From: Halorarum halobium
Lineage (GTDB): Archaea > Halobacteriota > Halobacteria > Halobacteriales > Haloferacaceae
Direction: 5' to 3'
NCBI RefSeq assembly: GCF_032116555.1
Contig: NZ_CP134950.1
Span: 62,001-126,000, forward strand
DNA: 64,000 nucleotides
Below, piece after piece: positions 1 to 9,446 of this stretch; position 1 is the first letter of the stretch, and each line of letters begins with the position of its first letter. The position numbers were made by a program, and so were the translations under genes. The notes below the pieces were generated by a model. The model did no database searches and was not told the origin of the DNA. It saw only the letters and a list, made by a program, of their open reading frames with translations.

Positions 1-595
1 AGGAGCGACGACAGCAGAACTTCAGATCCTCTTCAAATCCGGCGGGTCCTACGATACTGGTGAATACGAATTGGTGGCCGTCAAGGGCGAATCTACCGAC
101 TCGATGGCGATCGAACTCCGTCCGGAGATCAACGTTGTTGATGTCGAACCGGAACTTGACGAAGACGACCGGAACAGTACCGGCCGGCTATTCGTCACGG
201 TCGAGAATACGGGCTCTGGACCAACGTGGGTCTACAACATCGGGTTCCGAAACGCCCCCTATGCGAACGCCCCAGATGTAATTGAGGGCAATGGTGTCGT
301 TGATACGAAGTTTGAACGTCCTCAGGACCCCCAAGAAGAGTTCCTTCAGCCCAATGAGGAACAGAGATTCCTGAAAGGACGAGGGGTGCTGATCATCAGC
401 GATGACGATGCAGTTTCGTGTGAGGGAGGCACTGTCGAGATAACCATTGTCGTCCAAACCCCACACGAGGATATTGAACAGCCGATTCGCGCTGGCCTAT
501 CTGGTGGGTACCATATCGATGACCAGGCCGCCATTCAGCATCCCTGCAAGAACATCGACATTGTGCTACTGAGTGGAGGTGGTGACGATGCGTAG
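1..595 (+). CDS. Exported/lipoprotein-like hypothetical protein of the transfer operon (probably 5'-truncated by the window edge)
   Basis: Acidic beta-rich ORF; stop overlaps the ATG (588) of the next gene, which has a GGAGGTG SD. Confidence 0.6.
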   Translation, partial: GATTAELQILFKSGGSYDTGEYELVAVKGESTDSMAIELRPEINVVDVEPELDEDDRNSTGRLFVTVENTGSGPTWVYNIGFRNAPYANAPDVIEGNGVVDTKFERPQDPQEEFLQPNEEQRFLKGRGVLIISDDDAVSCEGGTVEITIVVQTPHEDIEQPIRAGLSGGYHIDDQAAIQHPCKNIDIVLLSGGGDDA

Positions 596-1946
596 TGTTC
601 GTCGACGAATGCTCTCCGCCGTCGCGGAACTCGTCGGGATCCTTGCTCTCGGATCAGTTCCGGTAGCTGCACAGAGTAACGGAGGGGTCGGTGGTGCCCT
701 CGGTGATATCATTATCGGGGCGATCCAGGAATTGCTCCGAATTCTGTTTAGCCCCATCCGGACTGTTATCGAGAATCACGGCGATGCGGTTCTGCGAACT
801 GTCGTAGGAACCCCGCATCCCGATTCTGTGTTCAGCGCTCCCTCGAACGGTGCCTGGCCCAGAATCTACGATTTCTATTGGGAGACGATGATCCCGCTCA
901 CCCTCACGCTGTATGGACTCTCTATCGGAATTGTGATTTTCCTCGAGTCGACGAGCCACCTGTTCAACGGCTACCACCGCTCAAAGCTCAAGAAGCGGGC
1001 CTTCTCAGGCCTGCTTGGTATCCTGTCATGGTGGTGGATCACAGCTCTCTCACTCCGATTTATGGACGCTTTGGCGGGATTCCTTGTGCCCTCCGTCTCG
1101 AATATCACGCTCTTCCAGACCTTGTCATTCTCGACGATGGGGGTCCTCGGCATAATCGTCGCCCTGTCGGCGAACTTCATCCTGTTCGTCCTCATCGGTC
1201 TGATCTATCTCGCTCGCCACCTCGCACTCTACCTGTTCGTCTTTCTGATGCCACTGCTCATTGTCTTCTGGATCCCTGGAGTCGGTCCCTTCACCTTGGT
1301 TTCGAAGTTCATGAAGAAGCTGGCCGGCTTCTACGTGCCGTTCTTGTTTATGACGGTTCCAGTAGCCATTCTGTTCCGCCTTGGTGACATCCTCGGGACG
1401 AGTTTCGGTGTCTCTGCCGGCGGGTTCGGAGCGTGGCTGACGGCACTCATCATCCCGCTGGCTGCGGTAGCGTCGCCGTTCATACTCTTCTGGCAGGCGG
1501 GAGCCCTGTTCTTCGTCGCCGATCGGGCGGCACGACACGTTTCCGCACAGAAGGCCCGGGGAAGGCTGTCGAGAGGCCGGGAACGGGTACAGTCGGCGAA
1601 GCAGGGCGGGAAGAACTTCGTGCGAGGAATGCGCGACGAGCCAGCCGTCAAGAGTGGCGGGCAGTACGTGTTGGGCTCCGGTGACTCTAGAGCGCACGCT
1701 ACCGGACAGCGGCTCAACACGACCGGGTCCCGTCTTCGCGACGCGATTACGGACGGCGTCGAAGACAGTGACCGAGGCGGTTCCGGTGGCGACGGTGATG
1801 GCTCTACCGCCAGTGCCGGCTCTCGTGAGGATGACGGCGACAACGAAGGAAGTGGAGGGACCGAGCGAGACGACGCTCTCCGCGATCCCCCGTCCCAGAG
1901 ACAGGAGCGGGAGTCGAGAGACGATCCGCCTCGATACATTCAGTAA
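588..1946 (+). CDS. VirB6/TrbL-like multi-pass membrane conjugation protein
   Basis: N-terminal signal-like segment, about 6-7 hydrophobic helices, Gly/Asp-rich disordered tail; directly upstream of PrgI-like and VirB4 genes. Confidence 0.7.
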   Translation: MRSVRRRMLSAVAELVGILALGSVPVAAQSNGGVGGALGDIIIGAIQELLRILFSPIRTVIENHGDAVLRTVVGTPHPDSVFSAPSNGAWPRIYDFYWETMIPLTLTLYGLSIGIVIFLESTSHLFNGYHRSKLKKRAFSGLLGILSWWWITALSLRFMDALAGFLVPSVSNITLFQTLSFSTMGVLGIIVALSANFILFVLIGLIYLARHLALYLFVFLMPLLIVFWIPGVGPFTLVSKFMKKLAGFYVPFLFMTVPVAILFRLGDILGTSFGVSAGGFGAWLTALIIPLAAVASPFILFWQAGALFFVADRAARHVSAQKARGRLSRGRERVQSAKQGGKNFVRGMRDEPAVKSGGQYVLGSGDSRAHATGQRLNTTGSRLRDAITDGVEDSDRGGSGGDGDGSTASAGSREDDGDNEGSGGTERDDALRDPPSQRQERESRDDPPRYIQ

Positions 1947-1949
1947 ACC

Positions 1950-2963
1950 ATGAGCTCAGCAACTGACCCCGAAAAACGAATTCCGAAGTCGCTCGGTACC
2001 GACACCCAATTCCTTGGGAAGTACTCGTTGACGGACCTCGCTGTCGCAGGAGTTCCCGGCGTACTGGTAGTCCTGGTGACGCAAGTCGTTATCCCACCGT
2101 CGCTCACCGTCCGTGGCATTCGGGTGTCTGCCCTCACAATCCCATTCGCAGCGATTGCGATCGCCTTTGGTGGGCTGTTCGTCTATCTCACGCCCGGCTA
2201 CACCAACAGTCTCGACTGGCTCGGCCTGTTCGTGAACTTCCACCGTAGCGAGACGGAGATTGCCCACGAGGAGGCGAAGGAATACACCCACGTCGAGCGC
2301 GTCTACCCGCGACACGACGCCATCGAGCGGACGGATCGAGCACTCGTCGGGGCGGTGCAGGTGTCGCCGCCGACGATGGCGCTCGCCACCGACGAGGAGT
2401 GGGGCCAGAAGACAGAAGCCTTCCAGGACTTCGTCAATACGACGGTCGAGTTCCCGATCCAGATCTATTCTACGACGCAGTCGTTCCCCGCCGACGAGTA
2501 CGTCGGGCGGTACGAAGACCGGTTGAGCGACCCGGACGTCAAATTCAACGAGAAACTCCAGGCACTCATCGAACACTACATCGACTGGTACGACCGGGAG
2601 CTGGCGCAGCGCCAAATGACCATTCGCGACCACTACGTCTTGATCCCGGTACGGTCCGAGGAGGTCCGGTACGAACGGGCCAGCATCCTCGAAAAGCTCG
2701 CTGGGATCCCCGTACTGGGAATCCCTATCCAGATTGTTACGGCGCCGCCGGAGGAGGAAGAACGAGCTGCGATACTAGAGGAATTGGACGAGCGGCGCCG
2801 GCGGGTCGAGCGCGGCCTCCGTGGTATCGAGGGATGTGACACGCGCCCCGTCGATGCGGCCGAACTCACCCGCCTCATCGCGGAATACTGGACCGGCACA
2901 GAAATCGAGTACGGCGACCCTGAACAGGTGCTCCGCACGTCCCCCGTCATCACCAAATCATGA
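1950..2963 (+). CDS. PrgI/VirB3-like membrane protein with soluble C-terminal domain
   Basis: Two N-terminal TM helices; ATGA overlap with virB4. Confidence 0.6.
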   Translation: MSSATDPEKRIPKSLGTDTQFLGKYSLTDLAVAGVPGVLVVLVTQVVIPPSLTVRGIRVSALTIPFAAIAIAFGGLFVYLTPGYTNSLDWLGLFVNFHRSETEIAHEEAKEYTHVERVYPRHDAIERTDRALVGAVQVSPPTMALATDEEWGQKTEAFQDFVNTTVEFPIQIYSTTQSFPADEYVGRYEDRLSDPDVKFNEKLQALIEHYIDWYDRELAQRQMTIRDHYVLIPVRSEEVRYERASILEKLAGIPVLGIPIQIVTAPPEEEERAAILEELDERRRRVERGLRGIEGCDTRPVDAAELTRLIAEYWTGTEIEYGDPEQVLRTSPVITKS

Positions 2964-5047
2964 TTCGAGACAAACTTCCCTTCATCGGCTCGGATAGTTC
3001 GGAAACTGACGACGAGACGACGGCAGACGAGGCACCCGATGACCAGAGAACGGACGATGCCGAACCACAGCTTACCGTGGACTACGAAGCCGACGGTGAG
3101 GCGGTCGACGGCATCCCCGAGATCCACCAGACCGTCGTCTCACCGTCGAGTATCGAGCGGACGCCCAGCGCCCTCCGGACTGACAACCAGTGGGCACAGA
3201 GTCTGTGGGTTGGCGAGTACCCCGATGCGCCGATGGATGGCTTCCTCGAAAAGCTGTACGCGGCCGCCGAAACCCAGCAGACGGATGTCAGCATTCACAT
3301 CGATCCTCGTGACACGCGAGAGACGCTGGATTCGCTGGAGAACAAGATCGAGGACCTCGAAGCAGATTATGAGTATCTGACCGAGAAGCACCGTGCGAGC
3401 GCGCGGGGCGTCGAAAAGGATCTCGAGGACCATCAGGAGATGTACGACGTCCTCCGGAACACGACGATGCAGGCGTTTGACGTCTCGATGTACCTCACGG
3501 TCCGGGGGAACGATCGCGAGAACATCGATACCGAGTCGGTGTCGACGACGGCCCGACAGGCCCCCGCGAATCTGACGCCGGTGACGCCCCGGTGGTCCCA
3601 GCTGAAGACCTTCACGTCGGCGAGCCCGATCGCTCTCGATCAGTTCAACGAGACGCTCGACAGCAAGACGCCGATGCTCGGCGGGGCTGTCGGCGCGATG
3701 TTTCCCTTTGTTTCCGGTGCGTTTGCGGAACCCGGCATCGAGTACGGGACGTACGCGCTGAATTCGAGCCCACTCATCCTCGACCGCTTCAAGCGGCAAA
3801 CCGGCTACTGTATGATGGTTATCGGCCGGCTCGGCGCGGGCAAATCCTTCGCGACGAAGCTCCGGCTCGTCCGGCGGGCGATGTTCGACGAGGATACGGT
3901 CGTTATTATGCTCGACCCGATGCGGGGGTTCGCCGGCGTCAACGAGGCGCTCGATGGCGAGCGCATCACGGTCGGTGGCCGGCGAGGGCTGAACCCGCTG
4001 GAGATCAAGCCGACGCCCGACCACGTCCTGCAGGAGGTCGACGACATCGACCCGTGGGGCGAGCAGATCAACTGGGTGATGACCTTCTTCGCGACGTTCT
4101 TCGAGCACGTCGCGGACCACCCGCTCGGCGAGCGCAACCAGACGCTCCGGCGGGCCGTCCAGGAAACCTACGAGAAGCGCGGGATCACGCGCGACCCGGA
4201 GACACACACCCGGGACTCGCCCACCATCCACGACGTCATCACGGTCCTCGAGGAGATGGTCGAAGACCCCGAGGAGTACGGGTACGTCACTGAGGGCGAG
4301 CAGGAAGCCGTCCAGTCCGATGCCCAGTCGCTGCTGAAGGACCTCCGCCCCTCATTCCGTGAGGGCGGTGAACTCGAGAACCTTGCTCGCCCCTCCGAGT
4401 TCGACCTCGACTCGAAGGTCATCTACCTCGATCTCCACCAGGAGGAGGGCACCCGTGGCCGAGCGGAGACCAGCCTGATGATGCAGGTGCTGTTCAACAG
4501 CGTCTACGAGCGGGTCAAGCAGACCGACAAGCGCGTCGTCTTCTGTATCGACGAGGCGCACTACCTGATGAACGACGCCGTCTCGCTGGACTTCCTGGAG
4601 ACGGCCGTCCGGCACAGCCGCCACTTCGATCTGAGCCTCGAATTCATCACGCAAACGGGGGGTGAATTCGCGCTGACGCCGGAGGCGCGAACCATCGCGA
4701 ACCTCTGTTCGCTGACTGTCCTCCACCGCGTCAACGAAGAGAAAGAGAAGATCGCCAAGTGGTTCGACCTCAGTGAGCGGCAGGTGAACTGGGTCACCTC
4801 CGCGAAGGCCGGCGAGGACGAGGACGGCTACTCGGAGGCGCTCGTCGGCATCGACCAGGAGGGCTGGTTCCCGCTCCGAATTCGAGCCAGCGACTACGAG
4901 GCTCACGTCATCGACGGCGGCGCTGCGGACGTGGCCGAGCTTGAGCCCGAATCGCGCGCCAGCGTGACGAGTCCGGATAGCCGATCCGCCGGCACGCGTG
5001 CCGATGGCGGTGATCCAACCAGCACTTCCTCTCAGGAGGATGACTGA
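2960..5047 (+). CDS. virB4: VirB4-family conjugation ATPase
   Basis: Walker A GRLGAGKS, LDPMRGF, LNPLEI, Walker B FCIDEAH, VRHSRH and ITQ motifs. Confidence 0.9.
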   Translation: MIRDKLPFIGSDSSETDDETTADEAPDDQRTDDAEPQLTVDYEADGEAVDGIPEIHQTVVSPSSIERTPSALRTDNQWAQSLWVGEYPDAPMDGFLEKLYAAAETQQTDVSIHIDPRDTRETLDSLENKIEDLEADYEYLTEKHRASARGVEKDLEDHQEMYDVLRNTTMQAFDVSMYLTVRGNDRENIDTESVSTTARQAPANLTPVTPRWSQLKTFTSASPIALDQFNETLDSKTPMLGGAVGAMFPFVSGAFAEPGIEYGTYALNSSPLILDRFKRQTGYCMMVIGRLGAGKSFATKLRLVRRAMFDEDTVVIMLDPMRGFAGVNEALDGERITVGGRRGLNPLEIKPTPDHVLQEVDDIDPWGEQINWVMTFFATFFEHVADHPLGERNQTLRRAVQETYEKRGITRDPETHTRDSPTIHDVITVLEEMVEDPEEYGYVTEGEQEAVQSDAQSLLKDLRPSFREGGELENLARPSEFDLDSKVIYLDLHQEEGTRGRAETSLMMQVLFNSVYERVKQTDKRVVFCIDEAHYLMNDAVSLDFLETAVRHSRHFDLSLEFITQTGGEFALTPEARTIANLCSLTVLHRVNEEKEKIAKWFDLSERQVNWVTSAKAGEDEDGYSEALVGIDQEGWFPLRIRASDYEAHVIDGGAADVAELEPESRASVTSPDSRSAGTRADGGDPTSTSSQEDD

Positions 5048-8000
5048 ACAGAACCCGTCAGAACCCTCGGCTGCGAACAGCGGTGACGAGTACATCCGGA
5101 TCACTCCCTCCCGAAGCGACCTCGCGCCCGAGACCGTCGTCCGTCAGCTGGCCGGCCTCCACGGCCTTGCCGCCGGCAACGACGGACTATTCCCTAATAT
5201 CGGTCCCTTCGGCGACGCGCCACCAGTGTTCGAGTTCCTTGCAGTGAGTGAGGGGGCAGACGAGCCGGTGGAGTTCTATTACGGGGTCGACCGCCGGTTG
5301 GATGCCTTCGAGGAACGCCTCCGGACGCTGTATCCTGCGACCGTCACGTTCGAGCGGGTCACCCTTGACTTGGAAGCGAAGCTACTCCCGTCGACAACAG
5401 ACCCGCCTCATGACCACAGTGCCGGGGGAGACAATGGCCACGAAATGAACCCCCGGACAGCTGAGGAATCCTCCGGAGACTCGCAACCGGACTCCGAGCC
5501 CGCGACCCTCTTTAATTCGACCGGCCATGGCCCGGTCGGTGACGGCGGAAACATGCTGTCGGAGAGCTCTACGTCGCAGGATGATGACGAGATCCCGTTC
5601 AAGGCCGATTCGAGTGACGAGTCCACAGTGACTGGTCTGGCCGACTCCGAACTCGATGACGAACACCAGCCGGCTGATACACCATCGAACGTCGACGAGA
5701 CGACCGCGCTCGGAATCACTTGGCACGGGCAGGCTACCCGGCGCGAGGACTGGATGACGACATTACCCCAATTCACGAATACGGAAGACGACGATGACGA
5801 CCACGCCCGGGCCCCGCTCGCGTCACTCATCGATCAGCTGACCCGCGCCGAACACCCGATCGCGTTCCAGGTGCTCTTCCAGCGGAAGCCGGACTGGACA
5901 CACGAGGCACGGGAACGCCAGCGGAAGCTCCGTGAAGGCGAAGACCGGGTCGTCGACTGGTTCTTCGGAGAACTCCTCGGAAACACGGAGAACGAACCAC
6001 AGAGTCCGTCGAACACCGGACGACAGCGTCGGTATCTCGACATCGGTGGGCGGGAACGAGTCGAGGCCATCGACGAGAAGGAGCCACAGCACACGTTCAC
6101 GGTGAATATGCGGGCGCTTTCGCTCGTGACTTCCAACCGACAGCGCGAGCGCGTCGACCACCGCCTCGACGATATTGGGTCCGTGTTCGACCACCTGAAC
6201 GGGGCCCACTATCGGCTCCAACCGAAGCGCGTCCGCCGCGGGCTCCGAAAGGGTCGGCGGGCTAAGAAACACGCCGACCGCGTCTCCAACGCCGGCCTGA
6301 CGACCAAAAGCGACTGGCGGAAGACCCGCCCCGATCTCGTCCTCGGGCCGGGTGAGTTGGCGAACTTCGTGGTCGTCCCGCCGGCGACCGAGCTCACGAC
6401 CGAGGGCGGGCGGGGGTCCGACGCCGAACCCGAGAGCCGGACGCCCCTACCGCTCCCGGCGCAGGACCACATGGATGCGTTCACGAACTCCGGAATGGCG
6501 ATCGGCCGCGGTCTCGGGGAGGACGGCACGCCGACGCCGGAGCCGATGCGGATTCCGCCGCATCTCCTCCCGTTCCACGTCGGCCGGTTCGCGAAGAGCG
6601 GCGCCGGCAAATCAGTCGCGCTGATCAACGACGCGCTCTCCCTGTACGACCAGACCACTGGCCCCGTGTTCCTGATCGACTCCAAGGGCGGGAACCTCCC
6701 CGAGAACTATATGCGGGCTCACGCGAAGCGCTTCGGCACCGACGACCTCGAGGAGAACGTCCTCCACTTCTCGGTGCCCGACATCCTGCCTGGCTTCGCG
6801 TTCTTCGACATCACGCCGGCGCTGGAGGATGGGGTCCGTCGCGTCGACGCGATCCAGGACAAGGCCGACCACTACGAGGAACTCATCAAGCTCGTGATGG
6901 GGCCAGAGCGCTACGAGGACGCCATCGCCTCGCCGACGCTCATCAAGTACCTCATCAAGGCGATGTACGACGAGGAGTACGGCCTCGAGAACGGGCACTT
7001 CCGGCAGGACGTGGACTACTTCACGCACGACCAGCTCGAACACGCAGTCACGCAGTTCCACGCCGCCGGCCCACCAGAACCGACACCCGAGGATGCGCCG
7101 CAGGCGAGTGACCCGCAGGTCGCGGAGAAACTGGAGCGACATCTGCGCTCAAACCCGGCGACGTTCTCGAACGTCGTGAGCGGCATCAGTAACCGGATGG
7201 ACTACATCACGCAGGACGCCCACCTCCGGCGAATCTTCAACAACACCGAGTCGCAGTTCGACTTCCGCGACCTCCTCGACGAGAACAAAGTGGTCATCTT
7301 CGATCTCGGCGATCTCCGCGACGAGGCCGCTCGCGTGATGACCGGCGTCATTCTGACGCAACTCTACGACGCTGTCAAGCGTCGCGACGGGGACGAGCTG
7401 GCCCGCAAGCCGGACGACTACGTGGCGAACCTGCTCATCGACGAGGCGTCGTCCGTCGTCGTCTCGGATACGCTGACGACGCTGCTCGAAAAGGGGCGGG
7501 AGTTCCGGCTGTCCATCGAACTCGTGACGCAGTTCCCCGAACAGATGAAGGAAGCCGGCAACCGCGAGGTCTACCTGAACGTCCTGAACAACATCGGCAG
7601 TCCGCTCGTCGGGAAGATCGCCGTCGACGCCGACATCGCCGAGGCACTCGCACACGAGGCGATGGATCCCGTCGAGTTCAAGAATCGGATCAGTTCACTC
7701 CCGCGTGGTGAGTGGATCGCCCAGCTCCCGAGTCCTGAGTTCGGCGAAACCGGCCCTGACCCGTTCAGTATCGAACCCCTCTCAATTCCGCCCGGGCATC
7801 CCGATGGCGAGCAGCCACTGACCGGGGTGCAGGAAGAGCGGTTCCAAGACGCCCTGGAGGCTGTTCACGAGCATACCCGCGAGGAGTACGGTGTGGTCGG
7901 CGGGACGACCGTGGAGAGCCGTGACGCAGCGACTGACGTCGCTCTGGAAAACGCCGATGACCTGCCGTTGGAAGTCGCGATGGCCCGTGCGATCCGCTCC

Positions 8001-9407
8001 GTCCAGCTGTCGAACGATGTCCGTGAGACGAACGGCTGGGTGTCCGTCGAGGACGTCGACGAGGAACTACTCTCACGGATTGAGGAAGGCACCATCGAAG
8101 CACAGGGCTACGAGACGCTACCGGATGTGAGAAAGGCATCCTCGCTCATCGAGGTCGATCTCCCGGACGGGGCATCGTCGGTGCAGTGTCGGCTCACAGA
8201 CGAGGGTGAGCAGGCAGCAACGCCCGACACGTCGACGTCACCGACCGGCGGGGGCGAGCACCACGATGCAGTCCTCGAAACGGTCGAGCAGGCGCTCGCA
8301 GCGGCGGGATTCTCCGTGGAGGTCCTCGATCAGAACGGGGAGTCCCGCCCCGACGCCATCGCGACGTATTCGGACCTTGACTGGGAGCTCCAGGTCGAAG
8401 TCGAAACCACCACGCACGTCCGGCCGTCAAAGGTCCTCACGAACCTCCGGAAAGCCCAGGAACAGAAGCGAATCCCGCTATTCGTCGTCGCAGACCACGA
8501 CGATCAACCAGCCGCCGAGATCGCCGACAGGCTCGCGAAGATCCTCAGCGAGCCGCGAAATCAGCTCTCATCCGGGGAGACGCGGCTGTATACAATGAAT
8601 CACAACGTCACATTCAACGGCGGTGCGCGAGCCGCGGATGGGGTGACGGCCGTCCGACCGGCGACTGGCGGCAGTCGCCACACCCGCTGGTTCGAGCGGG
8701 ATGGGGCGTTCGTCCTCGAGGATAGTGCCGGGGACCAGCACGCCCAGGTCGACTCCTTCGACGCCGTGTCGAAAGATCAGTTCCCGGCGACGTACAGCTA
8801 CGACGCCGAGAGCGAGACATACACCGTCTTCAGGCCGGGAGAACTCCCCGAGTCCTACGAGTCCCGTGAGGCGTTCGAAGCGGAGTGGGTGCCTGTCAAG
8901 CGCCCGTTCGTGCCCAGTACCGACCTGCCCGTTCCGGACTACACGGAGCGCTCCTATGTGATCGCGACCATCGAGGGCGACCAGCCGCTCGAAATCCACG
9001 CGCCAACAACAGAGACGTCCACCGGAGTTCCGGCACTCGTAGATGCGGTCCAGGACGGACTCCATCCAGCAGGTGTGACCCCGACTGACTCGACCGATCC
9101 GGATTCCGATACGGAGGAGAATGACGAAGCGGACCCGTACGGCATTCAGGCATTCGTCCGGGGCCAACTCACCGAATCCGACGACGGGGTCGTCGCGGTC
9201 GCTGATGTCTACGATGCATACGAGCAGTATGCTGCGGCCGGAGAATATGACGTGAAGCCGAAAAACCGATTCACACAGGCGTTGCGCGACCACGCTCAGT
9301 TCGAGCGTGACAAGAAGTGGTTAGACGGACAGACGCGGCGCTGTTACGTCGGGATCGAGCTGCGTGACGACGGCGATGAGGAGGAATCGAGCGATGCCAG
9401 TGCGTAG
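5040..9407 (+). CDS. VirD4/TraD-like coupling ATPase fused to wHTH + PD-(D/E)xK nuclease and a C-terminal D5-primase-type winged helix
   Basis: Walker A AKSGAGKS, IDSKGG, Walker B LLIDEA, GREFR, TQFP; C-terminal CRLTDEG...EHH...RPD-x14-EVE; terminal VADVYDAYEQY...F..AL...YVGIEL; SD-like GGAGG at the ATG 5040 overlapping the virB4 stop. Confidence 0.8.
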   Translation: MTEQNPSEPSAANSGDEYIRITPSRSDLAPETVVRQLAGLHGLAAGNDGLFPNIGPFGDAPPVFEFLAVSEGADEPVEFYYGVDRRLDAFEERLRTLYPATVTFERVTLDLEAKLLPSTTDPPHDHSAGGDNGHEMNPRTAEESSGDSQPDSEPATLFNSTGHGPVGDGGNMLSESSTSQDDDEIPFKADSSDESTVTGLADSELDDEHQPADTPSNVDETTALGITWHGQATRREDWMTTLPQFTNTEDDDDDHARAPLASLIDQLTRAEHPIAFQVLFQRKPDWTHEARERQRKLREGEDRVVDWFFGELLGNTENEPQSPSNTGRQRRYLDIGGRERVEAIDEKEPQHTFTVNMRALSLVTSNRQRERVDHRLDDIGSVFDHLNGAHYRLQPKRVRRGLRKGRRAKKHADRVSNAGLTTKSDWRKTRPDLVLGPGELANFVVVPPATELTTEGGRGSDAEPESRTPLPLPAQDHMDAFTNSGMAIGRGLGEDGTPTPEPMRIPPHLLPFHVGRFAKSGAGKSVALINDALSLYDQTTGPVFLIDSKGGNLPENYMRAHAKRFGTDDLEENVLHFSVPDILPGFAFFDITPALEDGVRRVDAIQDKADHYEELIKLVMGPERYEDAIASPTLIKYLIKAMYDEEYGLENGHFRQDVDYFTHDQLEHAVTQFHAAGPPEPTPEDAPQASDPQVAEKLERHLRSNPATFSNVVSGISNRMDYITQDAHLRRIFNNTESQFDFRDLLDENKVVIFDLGDLRDEAARVMTGVILTQLYDAVKRRDGDELARKPDDYVANLLIDEASSVVVSDTLTTLLEKGREFRLSIELVTQFPEQMKEAGNREVYLNVLNNIGSPLVGKIAVDADIAEALAHEAMDPVEFKNRISSLPRGEWIAQLPSPEFGETGPDPFSIEPLSIPPGHPDGEQPLTGVQEERFQDALEAVHEHTREEYGVVGGTTVESRDAATDVALENADDLPLEVAMARAIRSVQLSNDVRETNGWVSVEDVDEELLSRIEEGTIEAQGYETLPDVRKASSLIEVDLPDGASSVQCRLTDEGEQAATPDTSTSPTGGGEHHDAVLETVEQALAAAGFSVEVLDQNGESRPDAIATYSDLDWELQVEVETTTHVRPSKVLTNLRKAQEQKRIPLFVVADHDDQPAAEIADRLAKILSEPRNQLSSGETRLYTMNHNVTFNGGARAADGVTAVRPATGGSRHTRWFERDGAFVLEDSAGDQHAQVDSFDAVSKDQFPATYSYDAESETYTVFRPGELPESYESREAFEAEWVPVKRPFVPSTDLPVPDYTERSYVIATIEGDQPLEIHAPTTETSTGVPALVDAVQDGLHPAGVTPTDSTDPDSDTEENDEADPYGIQAFVRGQLTESDDGVVAVADVYDAYEQYAAAGEYDVKPKNRFTQALRDHAQFERDKKWLDGQTRRCYVGIELRDDGDEEESSDASA

Positions 9408-9446
9408 TCGTTTCACTCCCACTCAGAAGGTGCAGGAGCACACGAG

